From Carcharhinus amblyrhynchos (lineage: Eukaryota), in contig OZ336885.1 of NCBI GenBank assembly GCA_965287045.1, forward strand, positions 65,720,001 to 65,784,000: DNA of 64,000 nt, written 5' to 3'. Positions 52,850 to 64,000 of the stretch are shown here, one piece after another. Position 1 is the stretch's first letter. Each line of letters starts with the position of its first letter. Position numbers and translations under genes: made by a program. The notes beneath the pieces were generated by a model. It ran no database searches. It was not told the DNA's origin and saw only the letters and a program-made list of their open reading frames with translations.

Positions 52850-53990
52850 AGTGTGGAATTAGTAAGATTGTGGATGACAGAAAGATTGGCTCGGCGGCCA
52901 ATAGTGAGGCTGAACGCCTTGAGTAACACACAGATAATCTGTGGATCCGTGGTAGATGCAAGTTAAAACTGAAAAGTGTGAGGGAAAAGCGAAATAGAAC
53001 CAAGGATCACACATTAAGAATCCAAGGTAGACAGTTTAGCACGGGGGTGAGGAGACATTTCTTCAGCCAAAGAGTGGTGAGGCTGTCGTACTAACTACCA
53101 AAGCAAGTAGCTAATGCCAAAACATTGAAAGTATGCAAAGGGCAACTGGATATTGCATTTGGAGCGAATGGGATCAAAGATTTTGGTGAAAAAAGCACGA
53201 TTGGCCTATTGAGTTGGATGATCAGCCACGATCACAGTGATTTCCGGAGCTGAATCGAACGGCCAGCTGGCCTCCTCCTGCTCCTATCATCTACGTTTTT
53301 ATGTTTCTATGGGTTCTTTGGCAGATAAATATTTAATGAACAACATGATGCCAAGAAGCATGTGGAATAACAAACTTGGCATGTCTGTCCATAGATCTCC
53401 GAAACTAGAATGCCAACAGGACGCAATATGTGCCATTTGGGTCACTGACTGTGATCAATTGAAGGATTGATTGTAAAAGGAAGGAAGACGTGTTGGGGAT
53501 GCATGGAATTTCAGTGCATGGTATTCCACCCAGGTCGTCATATAACTAGAATAATGCTGCTATAATGGAGGGAGTTCAAAGGAGATTCACGAGAATGCTG
53601 CCTCTGATGGAGCATTTAAGATATAGGAGCATTTAAGATATAGAAACAGCGAAAATACGCGCAGGAGTAAGCCATTCGGCCCTTCGAGCCTGCACCAGGA
53701 TTCATTATGTTCAAGGCTGACATTCCCCTTTCAGTATTTAACTCCCACTGGCTTTGCAAACTCCTTGTTCCCTTTGTCTTCTTGAGTCTTAATTGACATT
53801 AGAAATTTGTATCAATTTTCCTGACGGAAGAACATGGAAGAAACTAGGTCCGGGGTGCCTGGATGCTTATCTGTAATGGTTTCGTGGCCGACTGTCCACG
53901 TGCAGATCCCTCTTGCACGTATTTGACGAACTGGCCAAAACTGCTCTTTGTGATAGAACATTCCACAGGTTCACAATTCTCCGAGTGAAG
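52850..53990. mobile_element. Cluster of decayed CR1 3' fragments in both orientations
   Basis: + strand 3' UTR ending tttatgtttctatg (~53310); RT piece 53340-53625; - strand 3' end from ~53640 (gccattcggcccttcgagcctgc, as at 6465). Confidence 0.75.
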
Positions 53991-53999
53991 ATTTTTGTT

Positions 54000-54620
54000 T
54001 CCATTTTTGATTTGATTTGACATGATTTATTATTCTCACTTGAATGATCGAATAGAGAAAACTATTGTTTCTTGAATGTTATACAGACAAAACATCGTTT
54101 TTATATATATAGAGAGAGAGAGAGAGAGAGGAGGAAAGGAAGGTGTACATAACGAAGTGTCATTGTCATAGGGGGGTGTAGAGAAAGAGCAACTTAGTGC
54201 AGGGTACATCTATTCAAAGTCTTTTGGCAGCAAGGAAGAAGCTGTTTTTGAGTCGGTTCATACTAGACCTCAGAATTATGTATTTTTTTTCCGACGAAAG
54301 AAGATGGAGAAAACTTTGTCCGGGATATTTGGGGTACTTAATTATGCTGGTTTTGTTTTCCGAGACAACAGAATGTGCACACAGATTCAAGGATGGGAGG
54401 CTCATTTGGCTGATTGATTGCCGACATTCTAGATTTTTTGTAGTTCATTGCGGTGTGTTGGCAGAACAGGAGCCATACCAAGCCGTTATACACGCAGGGG
54501 ACAAAAATGGTCTGTAAAAGTGGGTGAGAGTCCTAATGTAAATGCCAATTTAACCATGTCTTCTGAGAAAATGGAGGCGGAGGCGCTTGTGGTTTAATTA
54601 ACTATAATGTCACCGTGGGG
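54000..54620 (-). mobile_element. Rex1/Babar 3' fragment containing a (TA)n(GA)n microsatellite
   Basis: SIIKYPKYPGQSFLHLLSSEKKYIILRSSMNRLKNSFFLAAKRL; (atttg)n tail at ~54008-54020. Confidence 0.85.
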
Positions 54621-54699
54621 GAAAACATGAAATATTGTCGGTGATCAGGAACATAAAACTTATTCTTCTAAATTTCTGTCCGTACAAGCTCAGTCGATC

Positions 54700-55215
54700 C
54701 AAAATGTTAACATGTGTCAGCGCTGCCATTCAAAGAATCAGTCTGGTGGAACTTCGTTGGACTCCCTCAATAGCAAGAAAGACCTTCCTCAGACTAGACA
54801 CCAAAACACGCTCAAACATGCTCAAGTTGTGGTCTCACCAAGACCTTGTGTAACTGCAGCAAGACATGTTTAATTCTATGCACAAAGCCTATTGCTATGA
54901 AGGCTGCACGTCATTCCCTTTTCACATCGCCTGCTGAACCTGCATGACAATCTTTAGCGGCTGATCCACCATGACACCCAAACAACACTGCACTTACCGT
55001 TTTCGTAAAATGCCACCGTTCATATAACAATCTCCCTTCTTTTTTTAGTCTCCAAAGTGAAGAATCTCACGTTCACATACATTAGACTGCGTTTTCGAAG
55101 TGTAAAACAGGTTTTCTCAGCCACTGGGCAGGTCCTTAGCATTTTTCTCAATGCACACACTGCCACCGAGCTGAGTGTCTTCCACAAATTTGGAGGTGTC
55201 GCATTCAACATAAAT
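54700..55215 (-). mobile_element. Decayed CR1 RT fragment
   Basis: SKFVEDTQLGGSV (cf. SKFADDTKLGG) and LYKVLVRPQLE-like sequence. Confidence 0.75.
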
Positions 55216-55367
55216 AGCGCCTGAATAGGATAGTGTTGTTTTCAGTGGAGCAGAGAGGACTGGTGTGCGACCGAAACAAGTTGTACAAGAATATGGGGAG
55301 AGTAACAATGACACAACAGCAGTATTTGAAAGGTCAGTCAGGAGGTGAAATCAATTTGATGGGGAAG

Positions 55368-55705
55368 ACACAGACAGTGACCCAAGCCGGGAGTCGAACA
55401 CAGGACCCTGGAACTGTGAAGCAGCAGAACTAACCACTGTGGTACCGTGCCGCCCACCGAAAAAAAAAACAACCACAATCACACTCAGACCCTATCGCCA
55501 TAAGCCCACATATTCACAAGCCGAATCCCGCTGACATTAACGGGAAAATTATCATGACCAATCAACCGAAACTACCCACTTCTGGACTGTGCGAGGAAAC
55601 CGGAGCCTCCCGAGGAAACCCACAGAGACACGGCCAAAATGCGGAAACTCCACGCAGACAGTGATCCGAAGCTAGAAGTTAACCAGGATTTCTGGCGCTG
55701 TGAGA
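55368..55705 (-). mobile_element. Two tRNA-derived SINE pieces
   Basis: SINE head at 55368-55455 (gggcggcacggtaccacagtggttag on minus); core and body at ~55480-55705. Confidence 0.8.
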
Positions 55706-56862
55706 CACCCTATGCGCTGAACCGACTCGTCAGCACTTATGTTGCCCATGTATCTGACTATTTTTTTTCTCTTATACAGAAACAAACAACTATCACACCC
55801 AACATAGATTTGGCTGATTTGAATCATAGCCGTTCAGATTTCTCTTCCGTATTTTGACCCATTTTGTTATGCAAAATAATTCCTAAACAAGCTCCGATCC
55901 GAATTTTCCTTCCCCATTCTCTAGGACGCCCATGATTTGTTCCAAAGTTGTACTTGTTTGCTCTTAGCACACTCTGCTATCAAACAAAGGCAAGTCTTCA
56001 GCACATAAGTAACAATTCTGCTTTCTCCTGTGGTACAGTTTTTTTGGGACCTCCCCTGGTTCCCACAATTTAAAGTGTGTGTGAATGTGTGGGGGGTGGG
56101 GGGGGGGGGGGGCGGTTGAATTCTGTAACCTACCGCATCCCCAAATCTCCCAGCCCCCATGCAAAGCTTAATACATCATATTTCTCAACTCCTGAATATC
56201 GAAGGCGAAACACCCAAACCTGAAACATTAACGTTCAATTATCTTCAAACAATTTGCCAGGCTGCATGAGATCTCTCAGCATTTTTCTGTTTTAAACATT
56301 TCAAACAAATGAGCATTTTGTTTTCTCTGTATCTGCCAGATGTTTTCTCATTCGATCAAACACTACAATTTATTTTGAACTTCTACATTTTCTTTGTTAC
56401 ACACTTCCGAATGCTGGCATTACCCGATTTGTTTTAATCATATTCTTGGCCTGAAATCTGTCTCAGTTTTGCTACTTATTCAAAAATAAAAGCGCAGTGA
56501 TGCAATATAATCATATTTAGCGGTATCTAATTTAACTTAATTAGCTGTGCAAAACATCCATTGCAATAAACGTGTAAATTACTTAGCACATGCCTGGCCA
56601 TGTATCGCCAGAGACAATTCTGATAACAAATGTATTTTCAGTTATGTGGCATAGGGGCCCAAAGAAATACCAAATGTTCAAAAAAAAACAAACATTAACG
56701 TGAAAATAAAATGATTCACATTGGCCACTCTGATCCGACACTGAACGCCGTCGGCTGTCGTAGCCAGAAAACGCATTTCCGGCATTGGACGAAAACTTCT
56801 CCCTGATATATTGATGCCAGAAACAGAATGAAGCAGAAACTTTCTTTTTGCTTCTGGCACAG

Positions 56863-56961
56863 TTGAAAGGGAGGAAATAATCAATAACGAGGATATGAAA
56901 ATAAAACACAGAAGTGAGAGCAGTCCGAAATTGAAGACTGATTTACCAACATGTTTGTCAC
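56863..56961 (+). CDS. Exon, 99 nt, phase 1-1 (xEREEIINNEDMKIKHRSESSPKLKTDLPTCLS)
   Basis: Acceptor tttctttttgcttctggcacag, donor CAC|gtaagt, open in phase 1. Confidence 0.65.
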
Positions 56962-58954
56962 GTAAGTACATTTCTTGTCTTTCATCGCGGAGTTATGCAA
57001 AAAACAATGTTCCGTAAAAGTTATGTAAAACTGTTTCTCCTCGTGAAGGCGCAGCGTTCCGAACTCTCGTCATTCCAAGTAGATCTGTTTTACATGAGTC
57101 TGATGTTGTGGGACTTCGCTGTGTAAAAATGGACAATCCAAGAGAGACACATAATTATTACATAGATGGAATGGGCAAGAATACCAGATTAAGTGCAAGG
57201 TTGCGTAAAATATACCTTTCAAAATTAAACATTGGCCTTCACGATCCCCGCCCCATCACAACATGCATCTTTATTTCCCATTCCAAGCACAGGTTACATG
57301 TTTGGATGAAACCATGCGACTCTTTTTCTTTTATTATTTGGAAACGGAAGCTACCATCTGCTTTGTGAAAAGTCTATCTCTACGCTGTCAAGGTAACTAA
57401 GCAGTTAAAGTTCGATGTAGCAGCTTCCATTTGGCATTCCGCGATGTCAGATCTACAAAAGGACAGGCTACAATTTTCGAGGATTTTTTTAAATATTATT
57501 TTTGTTTGTTTAGTGTCACTTCATCAGCCCATTCATTCCGTTGGGCGAAAGGGGCCTGCGTTCGAATCCCCGGCACAGACTTCAAGAATTCACACAGTTT
57601 GACACGACGAGGCAGAGTGATACGTCAACTGTTTTCTGTAGTATCCAGCTTGTCCTTTCCAATTTCATTGAAAAAAAACAGATTAAACAATGCTGAGAGT
57701 GAATGGTTGTATTTATTGTAATATTTCACTGCACCCCGCACCCCGTGCATCTAATAATTTTATCGACTATCAACAAAACCAATGCAAGCCAGAATATTCT
57801 TCTCAGTTTAAAACATTATTGCCCCTAATCAGTACACTTTTGTTTTGGTGTGCTTTGACAATATAATGGTCCAACTATACACCTGTTACTGGAATTGTTG
57901 AACAAAGGAACAATGTTTGAAAAACGAAGAATGGTGCATTTCGCCGTGAACGTCAATGATTAAAGCAGTATCTTAGAAGCATTTCTACTGGAAGATACTG
58001 AATCTAACTTCAGCAAGGAACGCCTGAACTTATATATGATCGCACCAAAAAGTGGTAAATACTAACGGCGCATCAAAACGGACACAATCTAATCATCGCT
58101 TTTGTCCTAATATATGGCAAATATAATTGCAGTTTCTTTTTTCCATTCCCTCCCACAAAGCAGGTTTTAGTGATATTATGTGATTTCTGGAAACGCAGTA
58201 AACCGTATTATACTGATAATTTGCTTCTCTTGCTCCAGCAGTTATTCGGAAACTAGCGGCAAATCAATACAGCGGCCCTGCTCATCCTATCATTCAGGAA
58301 CAACAACAAAGTCGTTCATTTCGAATGGGGAATTGCTGTGTATTTTCTCTCTGTTTTCTCCAATAACACTTGCAAAAATAACGATTGACAGCTAACGCAA
58401 GTACACATGAGTTTGTTTTCCCAATTTACCAAGATCATACAACCAATGAGACAAGAAGGGTACTTTTCTCTTGGATTCTTCCACGGCTGTTACAGTGGAA
58501 ACAAACTCCTTATGTATGCGTGAGGGTATGGCTAAATCCGAATTCTGGAAGCTGACTGACAAAGGAATATGACAGTTGGGACACAGATTATAGCGAATTC
58601 AACGTAAGTTTCAGCAGCAAATTAATGCGCCTCCGAGAAGAGATTCTGCTCTGTCTTGGTAGCACTTCCTGTCACAGGCGTGGTTAGTTGTATCATACCA
58701 GTTGCTGGGATACTTAAAAAAAATTAATGTTGATGGAACTTCGCTGTATATAAGTGACTAGCAGCCTTCTAAGAACTACAGCAGATGCGCTATTTTTTGT
58801 TAATAAAAATCATCATGTGGTCTTATGATCTGTAAAACATATGAGTAAATCCTGGTCCGGCAGATCCTATGGAAAGGAACAATGGGATAAATAAACCAAA
58901 TATGTACGTTTAAAACCTCAGCTTCATGGAAGATTTTTTTGTATTTCATTTCAG

Positions 58955-58990
58955 GTTTGCAAGCAACCAAAACAAAGAGTAAAACCAAAG
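58955..58990 (+). CDS. Micro-exon, 36 nt (or 24 nt to 58978), phase 1-1 (RLQATKTKSKTK)
   Basis: Strong acceptor tttttttgtatttcatttcag; in-frame donors AGA|gtaaaa and AAG|gttaga. Confidence 0.6.
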
Positions 58991-59796
58991 GTTAGAGTGA
59001 AAAAAAAATCATGAGATTCAGTTGACAATTTATGATTCATTGTTCCGTTACTCATTGAGCCGATGTAACGTATAAATCATTGATGAATAAGACCACATTG
59101 AAAGCAAAGTGCACGTTTCTACTCCAAAGATGTACAGCATAGTAGCCCTGGACATGGCAAACTGTTCTTTAGTGTCTCAAAAGATTAATGTTAGAGGAAT
59201 ATTGGAGGTTAAACTAGGGGCTTACGCGGATAGGGCTGCAGGATGGATCTCGTTAAGATGCCTCGCTCGAAAGTTTGTTCAGACTTTTTGAGCTGAATGG
59301 CTTGCATCTATCCTGCCGTGTTTCTATTATACTGTGACATTGAGTACCTGATGTTTGATGCCAAGGCAACGGAATGGATATGACAGTGTTTTGTAGGGTT
59401 AAAATGTGTAAGGAATCACTGCATTAACTCATAAAATTGTTACAGTCTGCAGTTGAGTTCAATCACAATGTCTTTGTAATGAATGCAACGCACATAATTA
59501 TGATGGAACTGTCAATCGATGGAATTTAGTTCTGAGGTCGTTATCGAATGACATTGACAAAATAGTTCAAATTATTTATTTTTATTAGTTCGTCTGAATT
59601 TTGCGAAATTACGTCAAATGCTCTTCGATGCCGCCGTTAAAAATGCAAATACAGACTGACGTTAAGCATAGTTTGTCGTAGACAATATGGCCCAAGTACT
59701 AGAGCTTTAAAAAAAATCGCCAAAACGCAAAAGAGGGCAACTTAAACAGCCCAGAGCGTCATTGTATACATCAGATCATCGTTCTCTGGTCTGCAG

Positions 59797-59844
59797 AATT
59801 ACATGCTCGAATTAATCCAGTTGATTGTTGGATAAAGAGAGGAA
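59797..59844 (+). CDS. Micro-exon, 48 nt, phase 1-1 (ELHARINPVDCWIKRG)
   Basis: Acceptor gttctctggtctgcag, donor GAA|gtgagt; second in-frame AG at 59820. Confidence 0.6.
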
Positions 59845-60119
59845 GTGAGTCATTCATCATCATGTATGCACATTGAGGCAACAAAAAAGGAGCACCTCAG
59901 CGGAATATATGTATACATACGATTACAGAAACTGAAATGTGTATGGATATACCAGGATGAAACGAACATGCAAATATGATTATGTGTAGTACACACAATT
60001 GCATGTTAAATTTGTATATGCATTTCGAGCATTGTAACTGCATTTTGGTAAAATATTGGTGCCCCATGGCTAGATCACTTATTCCTCTTAATGATTTCAC
60101 TGTGTGTGTTTCGTACACA

Positions 60120-61210
60120 CAAGAGGACGTTGTTTCGTGGATCCGGAACGAGCTTACCCACAGAAGGCAGAAAGTGTTTGTAGATGGGCTATTTCCTGCA
60201 TGGAGGTCGGTCACCAGTGGAGTGCCTCAGGTATCTGTTCTGGGACCCTTGCTGTTTGTGATTTTTATAAATGACCTGGATGAGAAAGTGGAAGGTTGGG
60301 TAGGTAAATTTGAGGATGCCACGAATGTCGAAGGAGTTGTGGATAGTTTGGAGGGATGTCAGAAGTTGCATGATGACATAGATAGGATGCAAGACTGGGC
60401 GGAGAAGTAGTAAATGGACTTCAACCCGGATAAATGTGTAGTGGTACATTTTGGCAGGACCAATGGTGTTAAGAAATATAATATTAGGGGTAAGACTGTT
60501 AGCAGTGAGGAAGATCAAAAGGATCTTGGGGTCCGGATTCATAGGACTCTCAAATCGGCTTCACACGTAGAGGATGTAGTTAAGAACGCGTATGGCATGC
60601 TGGCCTTCATCATTCGAGGAATTAAGGTTAGGAGTCAGGAGATAATGCTGCAGCTTTATAAGACCCTGGTCAAACCCCACTTGGAGTGCAGTGCTCAGTT
60701 CTGGTTGCCTCATTACAGGAGGGATGTAGAAGCCATTGTAGAGTGCAGATGAGTTTTACAAGGGTGTTGCCTGGCTTGGGTGGCATGCCTTATGAGGATA
60801 GGTTGAGAGAGCTTGGCGTTTTCTCCTTCGAGAAACGAAGCGTGAGAGGTAACCTGATACAGGTGTGTAAGATGTTGAGAGGTATTGATCGGATGGATTC
60901 TCAGAGCCTTTTCGCAGGGTTGAATTGGCTGCCACAAGAGGACACAAGTTTATGTTGCTGGGGAATAGGTACAGATGAGATGTCAGCGGTAAGTTTTTTT
61001 TTCACTCAGAGGGTTTTGGTGCGTGAAATCGGCTGCCGTCGGTGGTAGTGGAGGCAAATTCGATAGGGTATTTTAAGACACTTCTGGATGAATACATGAG
61101 ACTTAGTAGGATTGAGGGTGATAGGTATGGCTAGTAGGGAGAGATATGTTCGACGCAACTTGTGGGCCGAAGGGTCTGTTTGCGCTGTAGTTTTTTTTGT
61201 GTTCTATGTG
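60120..61210 (+). mobile_element. 5'-truncated CR1 LINE, moderately decayed
   Basis: VTSGVPQVSVLGPLLFVIFINDLD, FNPDKC, LYKTLVKPHLE; stops and frameshifts; ttctatg tail. Confidence 0.95.
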
Positions 61211-61999
61211 TGCACCTGAGTTTGTCGATACAATCTTCTACAGCGCCATTCTCCACCTGCAATGACGTTCACACTGTAGCCGATACCTTCATTTTTTATT
61301 TTCGTCAAGAGAACCAGGGCCGAATTTGTGCTTTGGGCCCAAAAGTTTACTACATTGGAACTTTCTTTTGTGCTAAGAGTGGTCACCTTTCCTTTTGACG
61401 ATGTTGTTGCCCTAGAACAACTGCACAAGTAACTTTTCGATAACTCTGGCAGTTTGGCGTTCCTCAAAATGACGTTTCTTTTTCAAATCAGCTTCTGTTG
61501 ATATGAGTTCAAATGTGATTGTTACTGACGAAGTGCCGTTGGAGCCTGAGGGAAAGAAATGACATCCGGAATGAAATATAATTGCTGCCCGTGTAAACAA
61601 TTTACAGTCGAAATAACATTGTGCTGTTACAGCCACGAATAAAGTGAAGAACCATTAAAAAAAAAGACTTGTGAATTTCGTTCAGGATGAATTAACTGTC
61701 TTCTTCATTTCAATATGATGAGCGAAGTTTCAACCACTTCGTGTTGGCTTACGGTGAATCTGAACACAGGAATGTTTTCTTCATTCCTTCATCAGCCCGA
61801 TCTAGTGCTGCCGAAATTAAGGTGCAGCATAGGCTATCATTCGACTTTGAGTTGTCACAGTTAGAATTGAACATTCCCCAGCCTATGCCGCCGCCTCTCT
61901 GCTCCCGATCAGTGTATTTTGAAAAAGCTGAACCACATTGCCTCTCAACAGACGTAAAAAAAAATGCAGAACTTTCAGCTCTTCGAATTCCCTCCAACC

Positions 62000-63300
62000 C
62001 TGACTAAGACAAAGACGGATTTGAAAATTAACTAAAATTTAAACGTCCACTGCCCCGAATGTCCCATCACTTCTTGATAAATAACAGTCTATCCAGCGCT
62101 GTTTTAACTTTCAGTCTAATATCTGTTGGAGCACATTTTATGAAGTTATTTGCAAATGCTCATGATACTCTTAGTGACAAACTATCATGTCATCACTTTT
62201 TTTTAATAAGTCGGCAGTTATTTTATAATGCTGTCACTGGTGCCCGTTTTCCTCCACAAGAGAGAACACTGTATCGTCATTCAATCAGTCAAGATCCTTC
62301 AGGATTCTATAAGTGTCAGCCCTTTCACCCCTTAACCTTCGAAATTTTAGCGAATTTATGACAAATCTGTATATTTCTTCCTCCTAAAACATTCGAACCA
62401 TTCACTCAGTCGATAAGTTGAACCATTTCTGAATGGCTACCAAGTCCCCGCACCTTTCTTTAATTAGGTTGAACCCTTCTGTATGCAGTGCTGCCGATTT
62501 GGTCGCGCGGATGCCTAGTGCAAGTGAAGCAGAATCACGGAATATTTATGTAAAATTTCCTTATAATATTACATTGGCATTTCTTATCGTTTCTTTTTAA
62601 GCTCACACAAGATATGTACGAGTCATTATCTGCGCCTCCAAAGATGCCACATTCCAGGACTGTGCAATATTTTTTCCACCTAAATCACATGTTTTTGTAT
62701 ATTTGTTTCCATCAAGAAGTGGGATTTTATTTTATTTCATCCAATTTTATATTCCATTTTCCAAACTAACGCCCACGCATTTTTGTTTTAACATCATCAA
62801 ATTTGTCCATCACTTCATTACCATCATTCATATCAATTGAATTCATTTCCATTTCCTTGTAGATCTCCATTTGGTTGATACTGTATGATTACACCTGCAA
62901 ACTAAAAAGAAAGAAGTTTGTCACTGCCTGATTACTTATCGATATATCTTCATAGGAGTTCTTTTTTAGTCGCCTTAAAGCTCCTCCAAGTTCACTCGCA
63001 TGCATTTTCAGCTCACAGCATTCCCTTGTTTAAAATGGTGGAGTTACATTCATCCTGCCCACTCATGGTGGCTTCTCCGAACATAGGAAATTTTGCAAAT
63101 TAAAAACAATCCATCAAGTATGAGAAGAAATATGTTTTTTTTTAATTTTGTACAGTGAGGTCCAGATTTCAGCGAAACGACACATCTTCCAGCATTTATG
63201 CACAACTTAGCAGAGCCAATCCAACTGACCTAATTATTGTTATGTCTTTCTTACAGGCTTCAATTACTTTATTCATGTCTGCAACACCCTGCCGATTTTG
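62000..63300 (-). mobile_element. Very old CR1 remnant
   Basis: Faint similarity to the CR1 3' region, FADD area (~62800), KSCLTNL area (~63120) and NYRP/GKMLE area (~63200); weak. Confidence 0.45.
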
Positions 63301-64000
63301 TACACTAACAGCATCAAAGAATTGTTCACTTATGCATTTCTGGCTACTGCAATGTTCTTGAAATGTATTTCACTTTCATTTACCTTTGCATACCTTTGCT
63401 CCTGTTTATTTCCCGCCGTACAGAACACAGATAGAATTTCATTGTTCAATCCATATGATATCGCCAACTTTGCGTAGCCAGTTCCCGAGGCGCACATTCG
63501 ATCGGATGGACGTTAAATTTTAACTAAGTTTTAAGCTTTGTTGTGTGGTAAATATTTAATAAAATAAACATCCCCCAATCCTTTATTCTGATTCATTTAT
63601 ATAATTATATTTCTGAGCTGAATTGACCTCTTCATTTTATAAGGCCTCCTCATAATAGATGAAAACATGATCACGAGTCTACTGAAGTTTCGGAATAAAA
63701 CAAACATGATTTTTTTTTTGTGTGTGGGTGCTGACAAGGGGTACCTTCAAGAAGACGTCATTAATTACTCCCAGCAAATATCACACTTCCCGACCGAGTA
63801 AAGTTTAAACTATGATTGACGAACATCGATACTATTATCGGCCCTTATCCCAGAATCATAATACACGCACGTCTTTGGCATTCCATGTTTTCAAGCTGTA
63901 AACAGTTGTTTTAAAATCGCACTATCCGTCATAGAATCGTATAAACATTGTCGTACAGAACAGTCAATTCGGCTCATCACATTTTGTATGAACCCATCGA

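Noticed and set aside
58496-58603. Exon-like segment ending AAC|gtaagt
   Set aside because: Stops in all three frames.
63156-63361. Terminal exon with ITIM-like SIYAQL
   Set aside because: The acceptor is strong and the frame is open, but the segment resembles antisense decayed CR1 and a 6-residue motif is easily chance. Revisit only if cDNA supports it.
1075-63361. Remaining 60-165 aa ORFs in the track; CRISPR or prokaryotic systems
   Set aside because: ORFs are chance or TE antisense frames; no repeat-spacer arrays or operon structure; the DNA is vertebrate-type.

Overview
Eukaryotic genomic DNA, most likely from a cartilaginous fish (shark); the organism is inferred from the repeat families only. 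Much of the window is decayed transposable elements: CR1 and L2-like LINEs, Rex1/Babar ends, tRNA-derived SINEs, PIF/Harbinger elements, a Penelope element with a degenerate hammerhead, a Gmr1-type Gypsy fragment, and a complete but decayed GalEa-like Copia element nested inside a full-length CR1. Nearly all ORFs in the supplied track are spurious or TE-derived. The main finding is invisible to the ORF track: a + strand host gene built from about 19 dispersed symmetric phase-1 micro-exons (mostly 27, 30 or 36 nt) between 2085 and 59844. They splice into one open, charged, partly coiled-coil-like peptide (DLDRMYAKLKQQ-EEEFQRKSN-DHRDCLRNFKDV-ETEMVINDA-DLSRLEGDSKKA-...-EIQRLEDELKNA-RNKFKEEEP...). 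This recalls the heptad exons of butyrophilin/BG/MOG cytoplasmic tails or a micro-exon gene, but no Ig, transmembrane or B30.2 exon was recognised here, so gene identity is unresolved. All splice calls and alignments were made by eye and need transcript support.
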